In this document: in pieces, positions 1 to 9,680 of the stretch
How the letters are laid out: each line of letters starts with the position of its first letter
Position numbering within the stretch: the first letter of the stretch is position 1
Virus record (IMG/VR): IMGVR_UViG_3300014913_001316
Source of the DNA: a virus
Length of the DNA: 62,933 nt
Reading direction: 5' to 3' (one strand)
Translations under genes and position numbers: made by a program
The notes under the pieces: generated by a model
Database searches by the model: none
The model's input: only the letters and a program-made list of their open reading frames with translations
Told to the model about the DNA's origin: nothing

Positions 1-17
1 AATTTAAAGAGTATACT

Positions 18-341
18 TTGGTATATGAACGAATTGTTTATAGTGATGGTTATAAAAGTTGGGATGTCAATGAGGTTATAACAGGGTTAATGGATAAATT
101 CGGAAAGGAAAATGTTAAACTGGTAGAGGTTACACGTTACGGGGGGAGATATATCAAGATTTATGTAAAAGGCAATTTAGATAACATGATGGCTAAACAA
201 AGGGAATATTGCAGAGAGAACGGGTTGCCTTTTTTTGCCCCTTATAATGCGATATGCTGGAGTTGTGGCAGGATTATTCCTGATACTGATAGTTATCATA
301 TTACTGGTTGTCCTTATTGTCATAGGAGTTTTTGTGAGTGA
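18..341 (+). CDS. Hypothetical protein with C-terminal zinc finger
   Basis: CWSCG...CPYC motif; co-oriented with and overlapping the next gene. Confidence 0.65.
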   Translation: MVYERIVYSDGYKSWDVNEVITGLMDKFGKENVKLVEVTRYGGRYIKIYVKGNLDNMMAKQREYCRENGLPFFAPYNAICWSCGRIIPDTDSYHITGCPYCHRSFCE

Positions 342-631
342 TAAGTATGAAACCTGAAAATTGGGATAAACTGGATAAAGGCGAGAAATACAAAATAGCA
401 GTTGCATTACTTAAAAGTAAGAGGGGAGAGTATATACTTTCACAGGCACTATGTAAAGCAATAGAGGTTATGAAAAAAGAACCAGAGGGTAAGAGAGAGG
501 TTAGTAATATAGAGGATATGGAGATTTTGTTAGAAATATTTCCATTGTTTAAAATATTTGAAGAGGGGAAAAAAGTATTTGAAAAGGGGGAAAAAAATGG
601 ATTTTATTTGGAAACACAAGGAAGGGGATAA
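338..631 (+). CDS. Hypothetical protein
   Basis: 97-aa ORF, GTGA overlap with the upstream gene. Confidence 0.6.
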   Translation: MISMKPENWDKLDKGEKYKIAVALLKSKRGEYILSQALCKAIEVMKKEPEGKREVSNIEDMEILLEIFPLFKIFEEGKKVFEKGEKNGFYLETQGRG

Positions 632-1310
632 AGAAACAGAACTTTTATTCCCTATAAAGATTTATAAAGCAGTTGATAACGGTTGGCGACCTGAAACGCA
701 TCTTATTTGTAACAAATGCGATGGGAGAGTATCACAGAAATATATTTGTGAAAACTGTAAAGCAGAGTATACAATCGGTGAAATAGAAAAAAGACATGAT
801 GTTGAACATGATGTAATCTATAATATACATGACTATAAAGCATACATGGAGAGTGAGATACCAAAGAGTGTAAAGGTTGAAGAGGAGATACCTGTAACTG
901 ACATTATACCAAACATTCTTTTTATCAAAAATATACATGAGATTTACAATAATGATGATAATTATGCTGATGTTGTTTTAAAAATCTATAACTATCTAAA
1001 GAAAAAACAGATAGCCCTTGTAGTATCTTTTGGTAAAAGTCAGAAACAACGGGGGGGGATTATAGTTGCAACTGATAGGTTGGTATTGTTAGAGTTACGG
1101 GATTATCGGCTTATTAGACATGTTAAACAGAGTAATATTGTAGCAGAGGAAAATAATTCTACACAGATTTTAAAAGCAGTATCAGAAAGTCAAGAACCAC
1201 AAATATATGGAAAGTTTGTAGAAGCAGTTGTGAAGGGTGAAAAAATAGAGGTTAAAGAGAAGGTAAAGAAAGAAAAAGTAATCGTTAATGCTGACTTTTT
1301 AGAGGTATAA
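597..1310 (+). CDS. ku: Prokaryotic Ku DNA end-binding protein (Zn-binding variant)
   Basis: FPIKIYKAV...CNKCDGRVSQKYICENCKAEY..GEIEK...LVLLELRDY..IR follows the Ku core pattern (IPVKLY.A, C..RI...C, EIVK, LVL..L). Start moved to ATG 597 after an AAGGGGG SD; the ORF track starts at 558. Confidence 0.8.
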   Translation: MDFIWKHKEGDKETELLFPIKIYKAVDNGWRPETHLICNKCDGRVSQKYICENCKAEYTIGEIEKRHDVEHDVIYNIHDYKAYMESEIPKSVKVEEEIPVTDIIPNILFIKNIHEIYNNDDNYADVVLKIYNYLKKKQIALVVSFGKSQKQRGGIIVATDRLVLLELRDYRLIRHVKQSNIVAEENNSTQILKAVSESQEPQIYGKFVEAVVKGEKIEVKEKVKKEKVIVNADFLEV

Positions 1311-1312
1311 AC

Positions 1313-1438
1313 ATGATATTAACAATTGCAGAGGATATAGTAACTGATGACAACATAGAAACAAAGATGTGTAAAAACTGTTATGCAACAAATGAAGGAT
1401 ATAGATTGTTTTGTATTAATTGTGGTGAAAGACTATGA
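1313..1438 (+). CDS. Small zinc-ribbon protein (41 aa, not in ORF track)
   Basis: MILTIAEDIVTDDNIETKMCKNCYATNEGYRLFCINCGERL; starts 2 nt after the ku stop. Confidence 0.65.
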   Translation: MILTIAEDIVTDDNIETKMCKNCYATNEGYRLFCINCGERL

Positions 1439-1457
1439 AGTTTATAGGAGATAAAAA

Positions 1458-1679
1458 ATGATAGAACTTGAAGAAAAAGTTTTAAAGGTTATAGTGGAAA
1501 AACTTAAAACTGTATATACAACAGGGATTATCACAGTAAACGATACTAAATATAAGATAAAAAAAGATGGAAACATATCAATTACATTAGTGTTAGAAGA
1601 GGATAATAGTGTAAACTGGTATTTTCACCCAGTTGATAGCGATATTCTGATAGTAACGGAAAAAGCAGAGTTGATGTAA
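1458..1679 (+). CDS. Hypothetical protein
   Basis: 73-aa ORF with GGAGA SD. Confidence 0.6.
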   Translation: MIELEEKVLKVIVEKLKTVYTTGIITVNDTKYKIKKDGNISITLVLEEDNSVNWYFHPVDSDILIVTEKAELM

Positions 1680-1681
1680 AT

Positions 1682-1843
1682 ATGAGTGAACTTGAGTATT
1701 TAATGACATGCCCATATTGTAACAAAAAAACAATTGTTATGTTCTCTGGTAGTGGTGAACATGGTATCTGTATGGAATGTGGTAAACAGATACAGGGAAC
1801 ATATCGGGATTATGAAGGAAAAATAATATCATATACGGGTTAG
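1682..1843 (+). CDS. Small zinc-ribbon protein (53 aa, not in ORF track)
   Basis: CPYC...CMECG motifs; tightly packed in the operon. Confidence 0.6.
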   Translation: MSELEYLMTCPYCNKKTIVMFSGSGEHGICMECGKQIQGTYRDYEGKIISYTG

Positions 1844-1967
1844 AACATGGCATTAGGATATTGTGTTCAATGTGATGAAATATATGCCCTCTTAGAAAGA
1901 TGGAATAACTGTGAATTATCAGATAGAGAAGTAATCAATAAAATTTGGGATATTTTAGAGGAATAAA

Positions 1968-2765
1968 ATGTTTGAAGTGATGAAACCAAAAAAGATAGAT
2001 AGTATTCCTGTGAATAATGAGAGTGAGAAGTATATCTATGAGATTAAATATGATGGGGGGAGTGGTATACTTGTTAAACAGGGTGAACATGTAGATGTTT
2101 TTCATAACGGGAATAATACTCCTGTAACATATCGTTATCCTGAACTTTTACCAGAGTTGCATAATCTTAAAGATGGAGTGTATATTGCAGAGTTAATAGT
2201 GTCTACTAATGACATGGTTGGGGGGGATTTTGATTTGTTTCAGAAACGACAGGTTGAAAATCGTTTTAAAATAGAAAGACGTAAACAAATGTATCCTATT
2301 ACAGCGATAGTTTATGATATTGTTAAAAACGATGGTGAAGATATACGGGATTTAACTCTTTTTGAACGTAAAGAAATACTACATAAAAACGTATGTGATG
2401 GTGAACATATACGGGTTATTGAAAGTTTTTCTAACCCTGATAAGATACTTGAAAAACAGGATATATATGAAGGCATTGTTATCAAGGATATTAATAGTGT
2501 TTACAGGAATAGTAAACGTGATGGTTGGTTTAAATATCGTTTTAACAAGGAAGAGGTTGTCAGATTTGTAGATTTTGAGGATACTGAAACAGGTATTGTT
2601 TTACTTACAGAAGAGGGTAAACGTGTTAATCTCGCAGGTAAACGTAGTGAGATAGCAAAGGAGAAGATAAAAAATAATGGTTTTGTGGATTGCGAGATTT
2701 CTTGGAATAAAAAAACCGATAAAGGTTTTAGGTTTTGTGTAGTAAAAAGAATATTAGGGGATTAA
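1968..2765 (+). CDS. lig: Minimal ATP-dependent DNA ligase (adenylation domain plus short OB domain)
   Basis: Motif I YEIKYDG (KxDG), motif III YIAEL, motif IIIa VYDIV, motif IV EGIVIKD..S.Y, motif V WFKYR. Confidence 0.9.
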   Translation: MFEVMKPKKIDSIPVNNESEKYIYEIKYDGGSGILVKQGEHVDVFHNGNNTPVTYRYPELLPELHNLKDGVYIAELIVSTNDMVGGDFDLFQKRQVENRFKIERRKQMYPITAIVYDIVKNDGEDIRDLTLFERKEILHKNVCDGEHIRVIESFSNPDKILEKQDIYEGIVIKDINSVYRNSKRDGWFKYRFNKEEVVRFVDFEDTETGIVLLTEEGKRVNLAGKRSEIAKEKIKNNGFVDCEISWNKKTDKGFRFCVVKRILGD

Positions 2766-2767
2766 AA

Positions 2768-3004
2768 ATGGAATGTGAAACTGAAACTAAAAATAGGTTT
2801 AAAGCAGGTGTGTTTCAACTCTCTGAACATGAACTTGAGATGTTAGCACCAGAGTTTATGGAGATACATAATATTATCTCTCTTGCTAAAGTTGATACTG
2901 GTGTTAAAAATATACTCTTGACAGAGGTTTTACGGGAGTTTTGGAGTGAATTACAACAACAATTTTATGACTATTTCGGTAGTCAAGGAGTTATCAAGGA
3001 GTGA
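2768..3004 (+). CDS. Hypothetical protein
   Basis: ORF starts 2 nt after the ligase stop (track start 2735). Confidence 0.6.
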   Translation: MECETETKNRFKAGVFQLSEHELEMLAPEFMEIHNIISLAKVDTGVKNILLTEVLREFWSELQQQFYDYFGSQGVIKE

Positions 3005-3116
3005 GGAGTATGCTGACTAAAGAACAACTTGAGGCAATTGAACAGTTTGAAGCCGAGTTAGAAGTTAAAGAAAAAGAGAAAAAAGAGATTAACCATCCTT
3101 ATGGAGATGATTTAAT

Positions 3117-3812
3117 ATGAATAAAGATTTTAAAGTTAATATTGATAAAAAAGCACTTCTAAAGGTGTTAAGACGTGTAAAGCCACTTATTCCTGAAATA
3201 CGTATCTGTTTTAATGCAGATGGTATACATGTTAGAGAAGTGGATTATGGTCATGTTTGCATGTATGATGCAACTATATTTAAAAAATTTAGTTTAAATA
3301 AGGATGTCGTTTTTTGTGTTGATGTAGAAAAATTTGAAACAGTTTTATCTCTTGTTAAAAGTAACAATGTAACTCTTGAGTTTGATGGTAAACTTGTTGT
3401 TGATAAAAACTATAAAATTGGTTTACTTGAGATGCCTAAAGAGGATAAGTTGAAAATTCCTAATATTAAATTTGATGTAGAAGTTACACTTGATAGTTTA
3501 CAACGTATTAAGAGAATAGTATCTACAAATGTTAATGATTACTTGACTTTAAAGGTTGATAAAAATAAAACCTGTTGGGTTGATTTTAAAAGTGATGAAA
3601 TAGAAATACATGAACCACTTGGTAAGGCACGGATGTTATCGAAAGAAGTAAACTATCCTGTTACGGCTATGTATAGTATTGATTATTTTAAAAGCATTAT
3701 ACATGACCTTGATACTGCTATTCTCAGGTTTTCTACTGATGTTCCTATACAGGTTGTTGAAGAAGAAGATGACGAAAAGCATTTGTTTTTACTCGCACCA
3801 CGTATTGAGTGA
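3117..3812 (+). CDS. pcn: PCNA-like sliding clamp
   Basis: 231 aa; GIHVREVDYGHVCMYD, YSIDYF and C-terminal FLLAPRIE match archaeal PCNA patterns. Confidence 0.85.
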   Translation: MNKDFKVNIDKKALLKVLRRVKPLIPEIRICFNADGIHVREVDYGHVCMYDATIFKKFSLNKDVVFCVDVEKFETVLSLVKSNNVTLEFDGKLVVDKNYKIGLLEMPKEDKLKIPNIKFDVEVTLDSLQRIKRIVSTNVNDYLTLKVDKNKTCWVDFKSDEIEIHEPLGKARMLSKEVNYPVTAMYSIDYFKSIIHDLDTAILRFSTDVPIQVVEEEDDEKHLFLLAPRIE

Positions 3813-3889
3813 GGGTTTTTTATGGAAAGGAAATGTAGTGGAAAAAAAGGCAACTGGAAATTACACAGAGTAGAAGGTATGGGAAAAGT

Positions 3890-4543
3890 ATGACTTGGAC
3901 AGAGAAGTATAGACCAACATGTTTAGATGAAGTTGTTGGACAGGAAAAAGTTGTATCTTATTTCAAGAGATGTTTACAAACTGGGGATATAGACCATTGT
4001 ATTTTTACAGGTAAAAGTGGAACAGGAAAAACTACAATGGTAAAAGTAATCGCTAATGAATTCGGTAAACAAGTTATAAAGTTTAGCCCTTCTGACATTA
4101 ATAAACGTGGTAAAGATTTTGTTCACGATGATGTTATACCAGCCATGAGGCATTTATCTATTGACGGGGGTTGGAAGTTGATTTTTATAGAAGAATGTGA
4201 AACATTATCACGGCAGGCACAGGAAGAACTGCGAACTCCTCTTGAGGATTACTCCCATATTGCAAAAGTGATTTTTGCCTGTAATGATGATAGTAGCATT
4301 ATTCCAGCGATAAAAAGTCGTTGTATCCTGTTTACTTTTTTACCTATTTCTACACCTGATATGAAAAAACGGTTGCAGGTGATAATTGATAATGAAGGTA
4401 TTGTAATAGATGAAACTGATTTAGATACAATCTGTGAAAAAAGTCATGGAGATTTACGTAAAGCAATCAACTTGTTAAAAGCATATCATAACAATGCTCT
4501 TGAATTTAAAGATGAATTTAGTAAATTGTTTATGAGAGGATAA
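3890..4543 (+). CDS. rfcS: Replication factor C small-subunit-like clamp loader (AAA+ core, no C-terminal collar)
   Basis: WTEKYRP, VVGQ, Walker A GKSGTGKT, Walker B FIEE, AQ..LR..LE, SRC motif, GDLRKAIN. Confidence 0.9.
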   Translation: MTWTEKYRPTCLDEVVGQEKVVSYFKRCLQTGDIDHCIFTGKSGTGKTTMVKVIANEFGKQVIKFSPSDINKRGKDFVHDDVIPAMRHLSIDGGWKLIFIEECETLSRQAQEELRTPLEDYSHIAKVIFACNDDSSIIPAIKSRCILFTFLPISTPDMKKRLQVIIDNEGIVIDETDLDTICEKSHGDLRKAINLLKAYHNNALEFKDEFSKLFMRG

Positions 4544-4837
4544 AAAATGAAACGATATAAACTATTACCTTGGACATTAACAAATGATAAAAAACAAGCA
4601 GAAGAAATATTGAAAGCACTTAAAAAAGAAGGTTACAATGTAGAACTAAGAACCTGCTTTAAATATGGTATTTATATCAAGGAGAGATGATTTAAATGAA
4701 ATGCCCAAAATGTGGATATCAAATTGAGGAGAATAATGATAAAACTTTGATTTATTCAATAATTGCTATATCATTAGCGAGTTTTTCTCTGGGATTTCAA
4801 TTTGGTATATATTTATAAAAATATTGTGGTGAAAAAA

Positions 4838-4933
4838 ATGCCGAGAGTACATTTTGTAAAAAAAGCAAGAAAAGACTACCCAGAAGGAAGAAGAAAATGC
4901 TATCAGAATATGAAGGATATAAAAAACGTGTAA
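4838..4933 (+). pseudogene. Possible truncated gene remnant (MPRVHFVKKARKDYPEG...)
   Basis: Good GGTGA SD and a basic N-terminus, but the ORF stops after 31 codons and the downstream reading continues in another frame. Confidence 0.3.
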
Positions 4934-4967
4934 AAATAGATAAGAGATGCTGGGATGAGGAAGAAGA

Positions 4968-5228
4968 TTGTGGGGAATGAAAATGTATCTTGTGTCTAAA
5001 GAAGATTTAGAACGGCTTAAAGCAGGTGAAATAGATATAAAAGATTTAACAAAACCAGAACGAGAAGCATTGTTTACTTATACTGGTGAAGACATAAAAA
5101 TCATACTGGAGAAGAAAAAAAAGAAAAAAAACTTAGAAACAGTTGTAAAACATGTTAGAAAAGGACTTGAACACTGTGATTGCTGGGCTTGCATAGATTG
5201 TGCAATGTGGGATGTTTTAGGGGAATGA
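4968..5228 (+). CDS. Hypothetical protein with C-terminal Cys/His cluster
   Basis: HCDCWACIDC motif. Confidence 0.6.
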   Translation: MWGMKMYLVSKEDLERLKAGEIDIKDLTKPEREALFTYTGEDIKIILEKKKKKKNLETVVKHVRKGLEHCDCWACIDCAMWDVLGE

Positions 5229-5461
5229 AAATGAATTTAGAAGAATGGATTAAATATATTGAAGAGGGAATGAACAAGGGAGAAATTGAAAATAAATGTT
5301 GTTGGTGTGGTTCTCCTCTTCATGCTCAGGATTTAAAAAGGTATCCTCATGGTGATGGTTGGACAGTTGACGGTGAAGGGAAACAATGGCTGTATATCCC
5401 CTGTAGGAAATGTGGATATGAATGGGCTATCTGGAAGTTAGGAGTTGATAGAGAATGGTAG
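5180..5461 (+). CDS. Zinc-finger hypothetical protein (true start probably near 5225-5231)
   Basis: CCWCG...CRKCGYEW. Confidence 0.6.
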   Translation: MLGLHRLCNVGCFRGMKMNLEEWIKYIEEGMNKGEIENKCCWCGSPLHAQDLKRYPHGDGWTVDGEGKQWLYIPCRKCGYEWAIWKLGVDREW

Positions 5462-5586
5462 AAATCTATTTTAAAGATTTGAATAGAAAAAAACAGGAAG
5501 AACTACTTAGAATTGCAAATATAGACAAACCAGAAGATGCGAATTGGGATGTTATTCCACTGGCTATTATAGGAGTGGGTGATTAA
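5455..5586 (+). CDS. Small hypothetical protein (43 aa, not in ORF track)
   Basis: MVEIYFKDLNRKKQEELLRIANIDKPEDANWDVIPLAIIGVGD exactly fills the gap between two genes. Confidence 0.55.
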   Translation: MVEIYFKDLNRKKQEELLRIANIDKPEDANWDVIPLAIIGVGD

Positions 5587-5817
5587 ATGAAAGAAAAATA
5601 TAAAAAACTTTTAGAAAGCATTAACATACTCTTAGAGTATGAAAAAGAACATAAAATAAAATTGTTAAATAGGAGATGTAGGCAGTTGCATAAAAAAATT
5701 GAGGAAAAACTAACTGAAGAACAAAAAGTAGACCTTGAAGACCGAGTGATACGTCTTGAAAAAGAGATAAACAAACTATCACACATGCTTAAAGAGTTTA
5801 AGGTGGTGAAAGAATAA
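5587..5817 (+). CDS. Coiled-coil hypothetical protein
   Basis: Heptad-rich, TAATG coupling with the next gene. Confidence 0.6.
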   Translation: MKEKYKKLLESINILLEYEKEHKIKLLNRRCRQLHKKIEEKLTEEQKVDLEDRVIRLEKEINKLSHMLKEFKVVKE

Positions 5818-6002
5818 TGGTTTTAACTAAAAGTGAAAAAAAATACATTATTAACGAGTTTTTAGATATTCTATCCTGTAACCTTATAGGTGGTGGCGAG
5901 GTTACTCTGGATAACTACAAAAAATTTACAATAGATGATTTTACATATATTAAAACAAAAGATTTAGACCTTATTATTTCAATAATTGATAAACTGAAAT
6001 AA
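5817..6002 (+). CDS. Hypothetical protein
   Basis: 61-aa ORF, translationally coupled. Confidence 0.55.
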   Translation: MVLTKSEKKYIINEFLDILSCNLIGGGEVTLDNYKKFTIDDFTYIKTKDLDLIISIIDKLK

Positions 6003-6097
6003 ACAAATGGCGAGAGAGAAGGGGAAAATTCCAAACAATTCATCTCCTGGATTGATTTTTTTTATCCCTTCTCCGTCATAATTATTAGAGGGAAAAC

Positions 6098-7027
6098 ATG
6101 GGTGATGATGAGGAAACACTTGAAGAGTTATTTGAAAAACTGGCACGAGAGAGAGAACCACTTGATTTCCTCTCGCAGTTTATCTGCCCTACGTTAATCG
6201 GTGACATATGGGAATATATTAGGAAAGCAACTTTACTTCTTCTCGCTACACAAAACGATACAAACACAACAAGGATTAGACTACATACTCTCTTGGTTGG
6301 TTCACCAGGAACGGGTAAAACTGTGTTTCTCTCATGGGTACAGGAGAATCTTGGTGGGATTTTGATTAGTTCAGAACATACAAGTAAAACTGGATTAGTA
6401 GGAGATGCTCGTGGTCATCGTATTACTCCTGGTCTCCTCGCTGATTATGATGGTAACATCGTATTACCAGATGAGTTAGACAAGATGAGTGGATTAGACC
6501 AAAGTGGGCTTTTGCAGGCTATGGAAGAGGGTAAGTACATGATTGTTAAAGGGAAGCAACGTATGGAGTTTGATGCAGAAGTGAGAGTTATCGCTGGTGC
6601 TAATCAACTTGACAAAATTGTTAAACCTCTTCAGGATAGGTTTGATTTTATTTTTAAACTATCTGTTGTTAAACGTGAGAAACGTGCTGAGAATGTTGAT
6701 AAACTTATTAAAGCATTTTTTGGAACAAACGAGATGGAAAAAAGTCAGTTGATACTTGAGTATCTACGATGGGTAAAAGACTTTAAACCAGTTATTGAGG
6801 AACAAGATTTTGAAGCTATCTCTGAGATGATGGCTATGTATATTCGTAAGACTTCTACAAAGATTGATAATGTTAGTATTCGTAATCTTGAAATGAGTAT
6901 ACTGAGGATTGCTTATGCTATGGCTAAACTTGAAAAATCAAATATTAAACCTAAACATGTTAAAAGAGCAATTCTTTTTAAAAATGCTGTTTTGAAAAAA
7001 CTTGTTGGAGAACGAGACAATCTATAG
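6098..7027 (+). CDS. mcm: MCM-family AAA+ ATPase, catalytic core only (no N-terminal Zn/OB domain)
   Basis: LLVGSPGTGKT, GLVGDARG, DELDKM, LLQAMEEG, VIAGAN, DRFD, SIRNLE..ILRIAYAMAKL. Confidence 0.8.
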   Translation: MGDDEETLEELFEKLAREREPLDFLSQFICPTLIGDIWEYIRKATLLLLATQNDTNTTRIRLHTLLVGSPGTGKTVFLSWVQENLGGILISSEHTSKTGLVGDARGHRITPGLLADYDGNIVLPDELDKMSGLDQSGLLQAMEEGKYMIVKGKQRMEFDAEVRVIAGANQLDKIVKPLQDRFDFIFKLSVVKREKRAENVDKLIKAFFGTNEMEKSQLILEYLRWVKDFKPVIEEQDFEAISEMMAMYIRKTSTKIDNVSIRNLEMSILRIAYAMAKLEKSNIKPKHVKRAILFKNAVLKKLVGERDNL

Positions 7028-7234
7028 TTTATGTCTCCAGACTTTTGCTTCTGGAATCCATTCTTCATCTGATGATATGATGTCTTTTTTCATAAGGACA
7101 CAACAATGTGTATCGTATTCGCTTATTTTTGTACAGGATATGTTAACTGCTTCCCAGTTTTTTTTTGCATCTTCTGCCAAGTCTTCATTTAGAAACCTTG
7201 CATCTGAACAGAATACTCTATACATTCTACGCAT
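7022..7234 (-). CDS. Hypothetical protein
   Basis: Last gene of the minus-strand cluster, convergent with mcm. Confidence 0.5.
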   Translation of the reverse strand: MRRMYRVFCSDARFLNEDLAEDAKKNWEAVNISCTKISEYDTHCCVLMKKDIISSDEEWIPEAKVWRHKL

Positions 7235-7257
7235 CTTTTTAACTCCCTTTTATTCAT

Positions 7258-7506
7258 TTATCTCACTCTCCAAAAAATTGGTTCTTCAGTATAATAGGGT
7301 TTTTTACCAGCCCAGCATTCCATCTCTTTTCTGTTTTCACCAATGCATATGGTAATTGTTCCACCGAGGTCAAACCAGTCACGGGCAAGATTATAAAATT
7401 CCTTATAATCTTTTTTATCGAAATGAATGTTAGTATAAATCTCTATATGAGTAGGGTTAATGCCAACGCTTAAATCTCCCTCATCTGACATTTCAATATA
7501 GGTCAT
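7258..7506 (-). CDS. Hypothetical protein
   Basis: Tightly packed minus-strand ORF. Confidence 0.55.
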   Translation of the reverse strand: MTYIEMSDEGDLSVGINPTHIEIYTNIHFDKKDYKEFYNLARDWFDLGGTITICIGENRKEMECWAGKKPYYTEEPIFWRVR

Positions 7507-7510
7507 ATTT

Positions 7511-8068
7511 TCACCCTATTTTTTCTAATGCTTTTTTTATTTTATCCTGATAATACATCGATTCTCGTTTAAAATCAAACCATCCCTCATATGGTTCATG
7601 TTCTATACCTGTGATTATAGATGATGATTTATGACGTTCACCTATTGTTTGCGTTGTTGGATACCTAAGTTTAATGTTTGGCGATAGTTCCCATATATCT
7701 GCATGAATATCAGTATCATCAACATGCCCTACACAGTTTTTCATATACCACTCGTAGTTTTCACCTTTAGCAAAATGACCATTATGACTGGTCTGAGATT
7801 CGTTATGGCAGAACTCTACAAGTTTTTTGTTTTCCCAGAACATAGGATAATAATCATGCATCTTATTACCAGCAGTAGTTGGTTGTTTATTACCTACAAG
7901 GATGAAAGCCATGTCTTTAGCATCCTGTGGGTTGTATTTTTCTATAATGTAACAGGCTTGTTCACTTCTCCGAATGCCGTCATATTCACTGACATGATTA
8001 ATTAAGTTAGAGGGGCGTTTACTTGGTTGGCAATGAACCATATGAGCTTCAACGTATTCATCTTTCAT
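7511..8068 (-). CDS. Hypothetical protein
   Basis: 185-aa ORF in a co-oriented cluster. Confidence 0.65.
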   Translation of the reverse strand: MKDEYVEAHMVHCQPSKRPSNLINHVSEYDGIRRSEQACYIIEKYNPQDAKDMAFILVGNKQPTTAGNKMHDYYPMFWENKKLVEFCHNESQTSHNGHFAKGENYEWYMKNCVGHVDDTDIHADIWELSPNIKLRYPTTQTIGERHKSSSIITGIEHEPYEGWFDFKRESMYYQDKIKKALEKIG

Positions 8069-8417
8069 TTTTGTCTTTTAAAAATATATGGTTTGTTTGG
8101 TCTATCTCATCTAAACGGCTACGGATGAGTTTAAGCGTGTCCTCATCTGCCTTTTTAAAAAGTTCTTCTGCTTCATTTATAAGTTCATCTTGAGATATTC
8201 CCATGTCTTTTAGTTTAATAAAACTTTGAGAGTCTTCACAATCACAGAGAATGCCTATCTCTGATGCTTTAAACCAGTTGATAAGGTCACGTAATCTACT
8301 ACCGACTATCTGTTTGTTTTCTTTATAATACTCTCCAAATTCTTTGAGAAAACACAACGTACCATCTGGCTGGAGAAGCCCCATATCACAGACACATATT
8401 TTATCCTTCGTTTTCAT
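8058..8417 (-). CDS. Hypothetical protein
   Basis: 119 aa, overlaps both neighbours. Confidence 0.6.
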   Translation of the reverse strand: MKTKDKICVCDMGLLQPDGTLCFLKEFGEYYKENKQIVGSRLRDLINWFKASEIGILCDCEDSQSFIKLKDMGISQDELINEAEELFKKADEDTLKLIRSRLDEIDQTNHIFLKDKNER

Positions 8418-8775
8418 ATTTCACCCGTAGATATTTATTATACAATGCCTGGATTTTTTCATCAACATATCCTTCTCTAAGGAAACGTTTCGGGTCGAAT
8501 TTGTTCCTTGAAATACCAAGAATAACGGCGTTAGCGTTATCAACCATGTGTACTGGTAGCCATCTTCTATCTTCACTACAATGAGGGTTAGACTCTCTGA
8601 AATCACGCATAATATCAAGATTTACTCTATCCTGTAACTCTGTCACTCTGTATAATACTTCTGATTTACAACTAAGTCTTTTATCAAAGTCTTTAAAAGT
8701 ATTACAACTCTTCAGTTCTTCCTCCACATCAAATTTCGCAGAGTTTACGCCATGTTTCATAACCAACGTCTCCAC
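8401..8775 (-). CDS. Hypothetical protein
   Basis: 124 aa, overlaps both neighbours. Confidence 0.6.
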   Translation of the reverse strand: METLVMKHGVNSAKFDVEEELKSCNTFKDFDKRLSCKSEVLYRVTELQDRVNLDIMRDFRESNPHCSEDRRWLPVHMVDNANAVILGISRNKFDPKRFLREGYVDEKIQALYNKYLRVKYENEG

Positions 8776-8953
8776 CTTCTACCTGTACCAGCCATTGAGC
8801 AATACATGCAGCCATCTTTGGTTTACCTTCTTTAGCGAAAAACACTTGAGCCTTACTAAGCAACAGAGGGTTAGTAGGTGGACTTATACTCTCTCTAACA
8901 GCGTTATATATCTCATATGCCTCTTTCTTACTAATATCAATATCCATTTTCAT
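8729..8953 (-). CDS. Hypothetical protein
   Basis: 74 aa, GAGGG SD. Confidence 0.55.
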   Translation of the reverse strand: MKMDIDISKKEAYEIYNAVRESISPPTNPLLLSKAQVFFAKEGKPKMAACIAQWLVQVEGGDVGYETWRKLCEI

Positions 8954-8956
8954 CCC

Positions 8957-9310
8957 TCAATCTACATCAAATGGAAAATTATTCCATGTCCATTTAAAAA
9001 CACCATCAATATATGTTCCCTCGCCATCTAATCCCCATGAAGCACCAGGAGTAACGACTCTCCCATAAGCTCTTATGTTTATCGGGTTGCTGTTTTGATA
9101 ATAGATTTTCCAGCTATATCCTGCCCATCCAAAAGGAACATATTGTTCATAAAAATCATGAGTTATCTCAGGGCTATATGTCCATCCAATAGGGGTATTG
9201 CTTGCTAATAAAAAATATAAACCAATCAAGAGTAAAGCAAGTGGTATTAGTATATAAAGCTTTTTAATATTCATTTTTTTTTCACAACTCCTTCCAAATT
9301 GGTCTAACAA
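8957..9310 (-). CDS. Small N-terminally anchored membrane/secreted protein (likely start MNIKK near 9274)
   Basis: KKLYILIPLALLLIGLYFLLA hydrophobic segment followed by a polar aromatic domain. Confidence 0.6.
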   Translation of the reverse strand: MLDQFGRSCEKKMNIKKLYILIPLALLLIGLYFLLASNTPIGWTYSPEITHDFYEQYVPFGWAGYSWKIYYQNSNPINIRAYGRVVTPGASWGLDGEGTYIDGVFKWTWNNFPFDVD

Positions 9311-9316
9311 CTATTG

Positions 9317-9652
9317 TCAGTAGCCCTGCTCCCCATACAAGAGTTCTTTGTCTTTGTCATCAATACACTCGCTGTAGAAGTATGCAGAAGCATACCTATA
9401 TTTCATTTTCAATTCTTCTTTCTTTCTTTTATCAGTTTCATTCAAATATTTTATGCCGAGTGTAGTCATAACTCCAGATAATTTCGCACATACCATAATA
9501 TCTAATACCGCACTTTCTGCATCAAATTCTTCTGAGCCATCTTCTCTTGAATAATATTCTGCTGTTTTTAGACAGCCATCTTCTCTTGTATGCGATGCTA
9601 TTCTTTGGATGGCATATCTAAAGTTTTCATCTAACAGTGGCATATTTGTCAA
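9317..9652 (-). CDS. Hypothetical protein
   Basis: 111-aa ORF in cluster. Confidence 0.6.
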   Translation of the reverse strand: MTNMPLLDENFRYAIQRIASHTREDGCLKTAEYYSREDGSEEFDAESAVLDIMVCAKLSGVMTTLGIKYLNETDKRKKEELKMKYRYASAYFYSECIDDKDKELLYGEQGY

Positions 9653-9680
9653 CCTTATGTCTTACTCTCTAACAGTTCCC

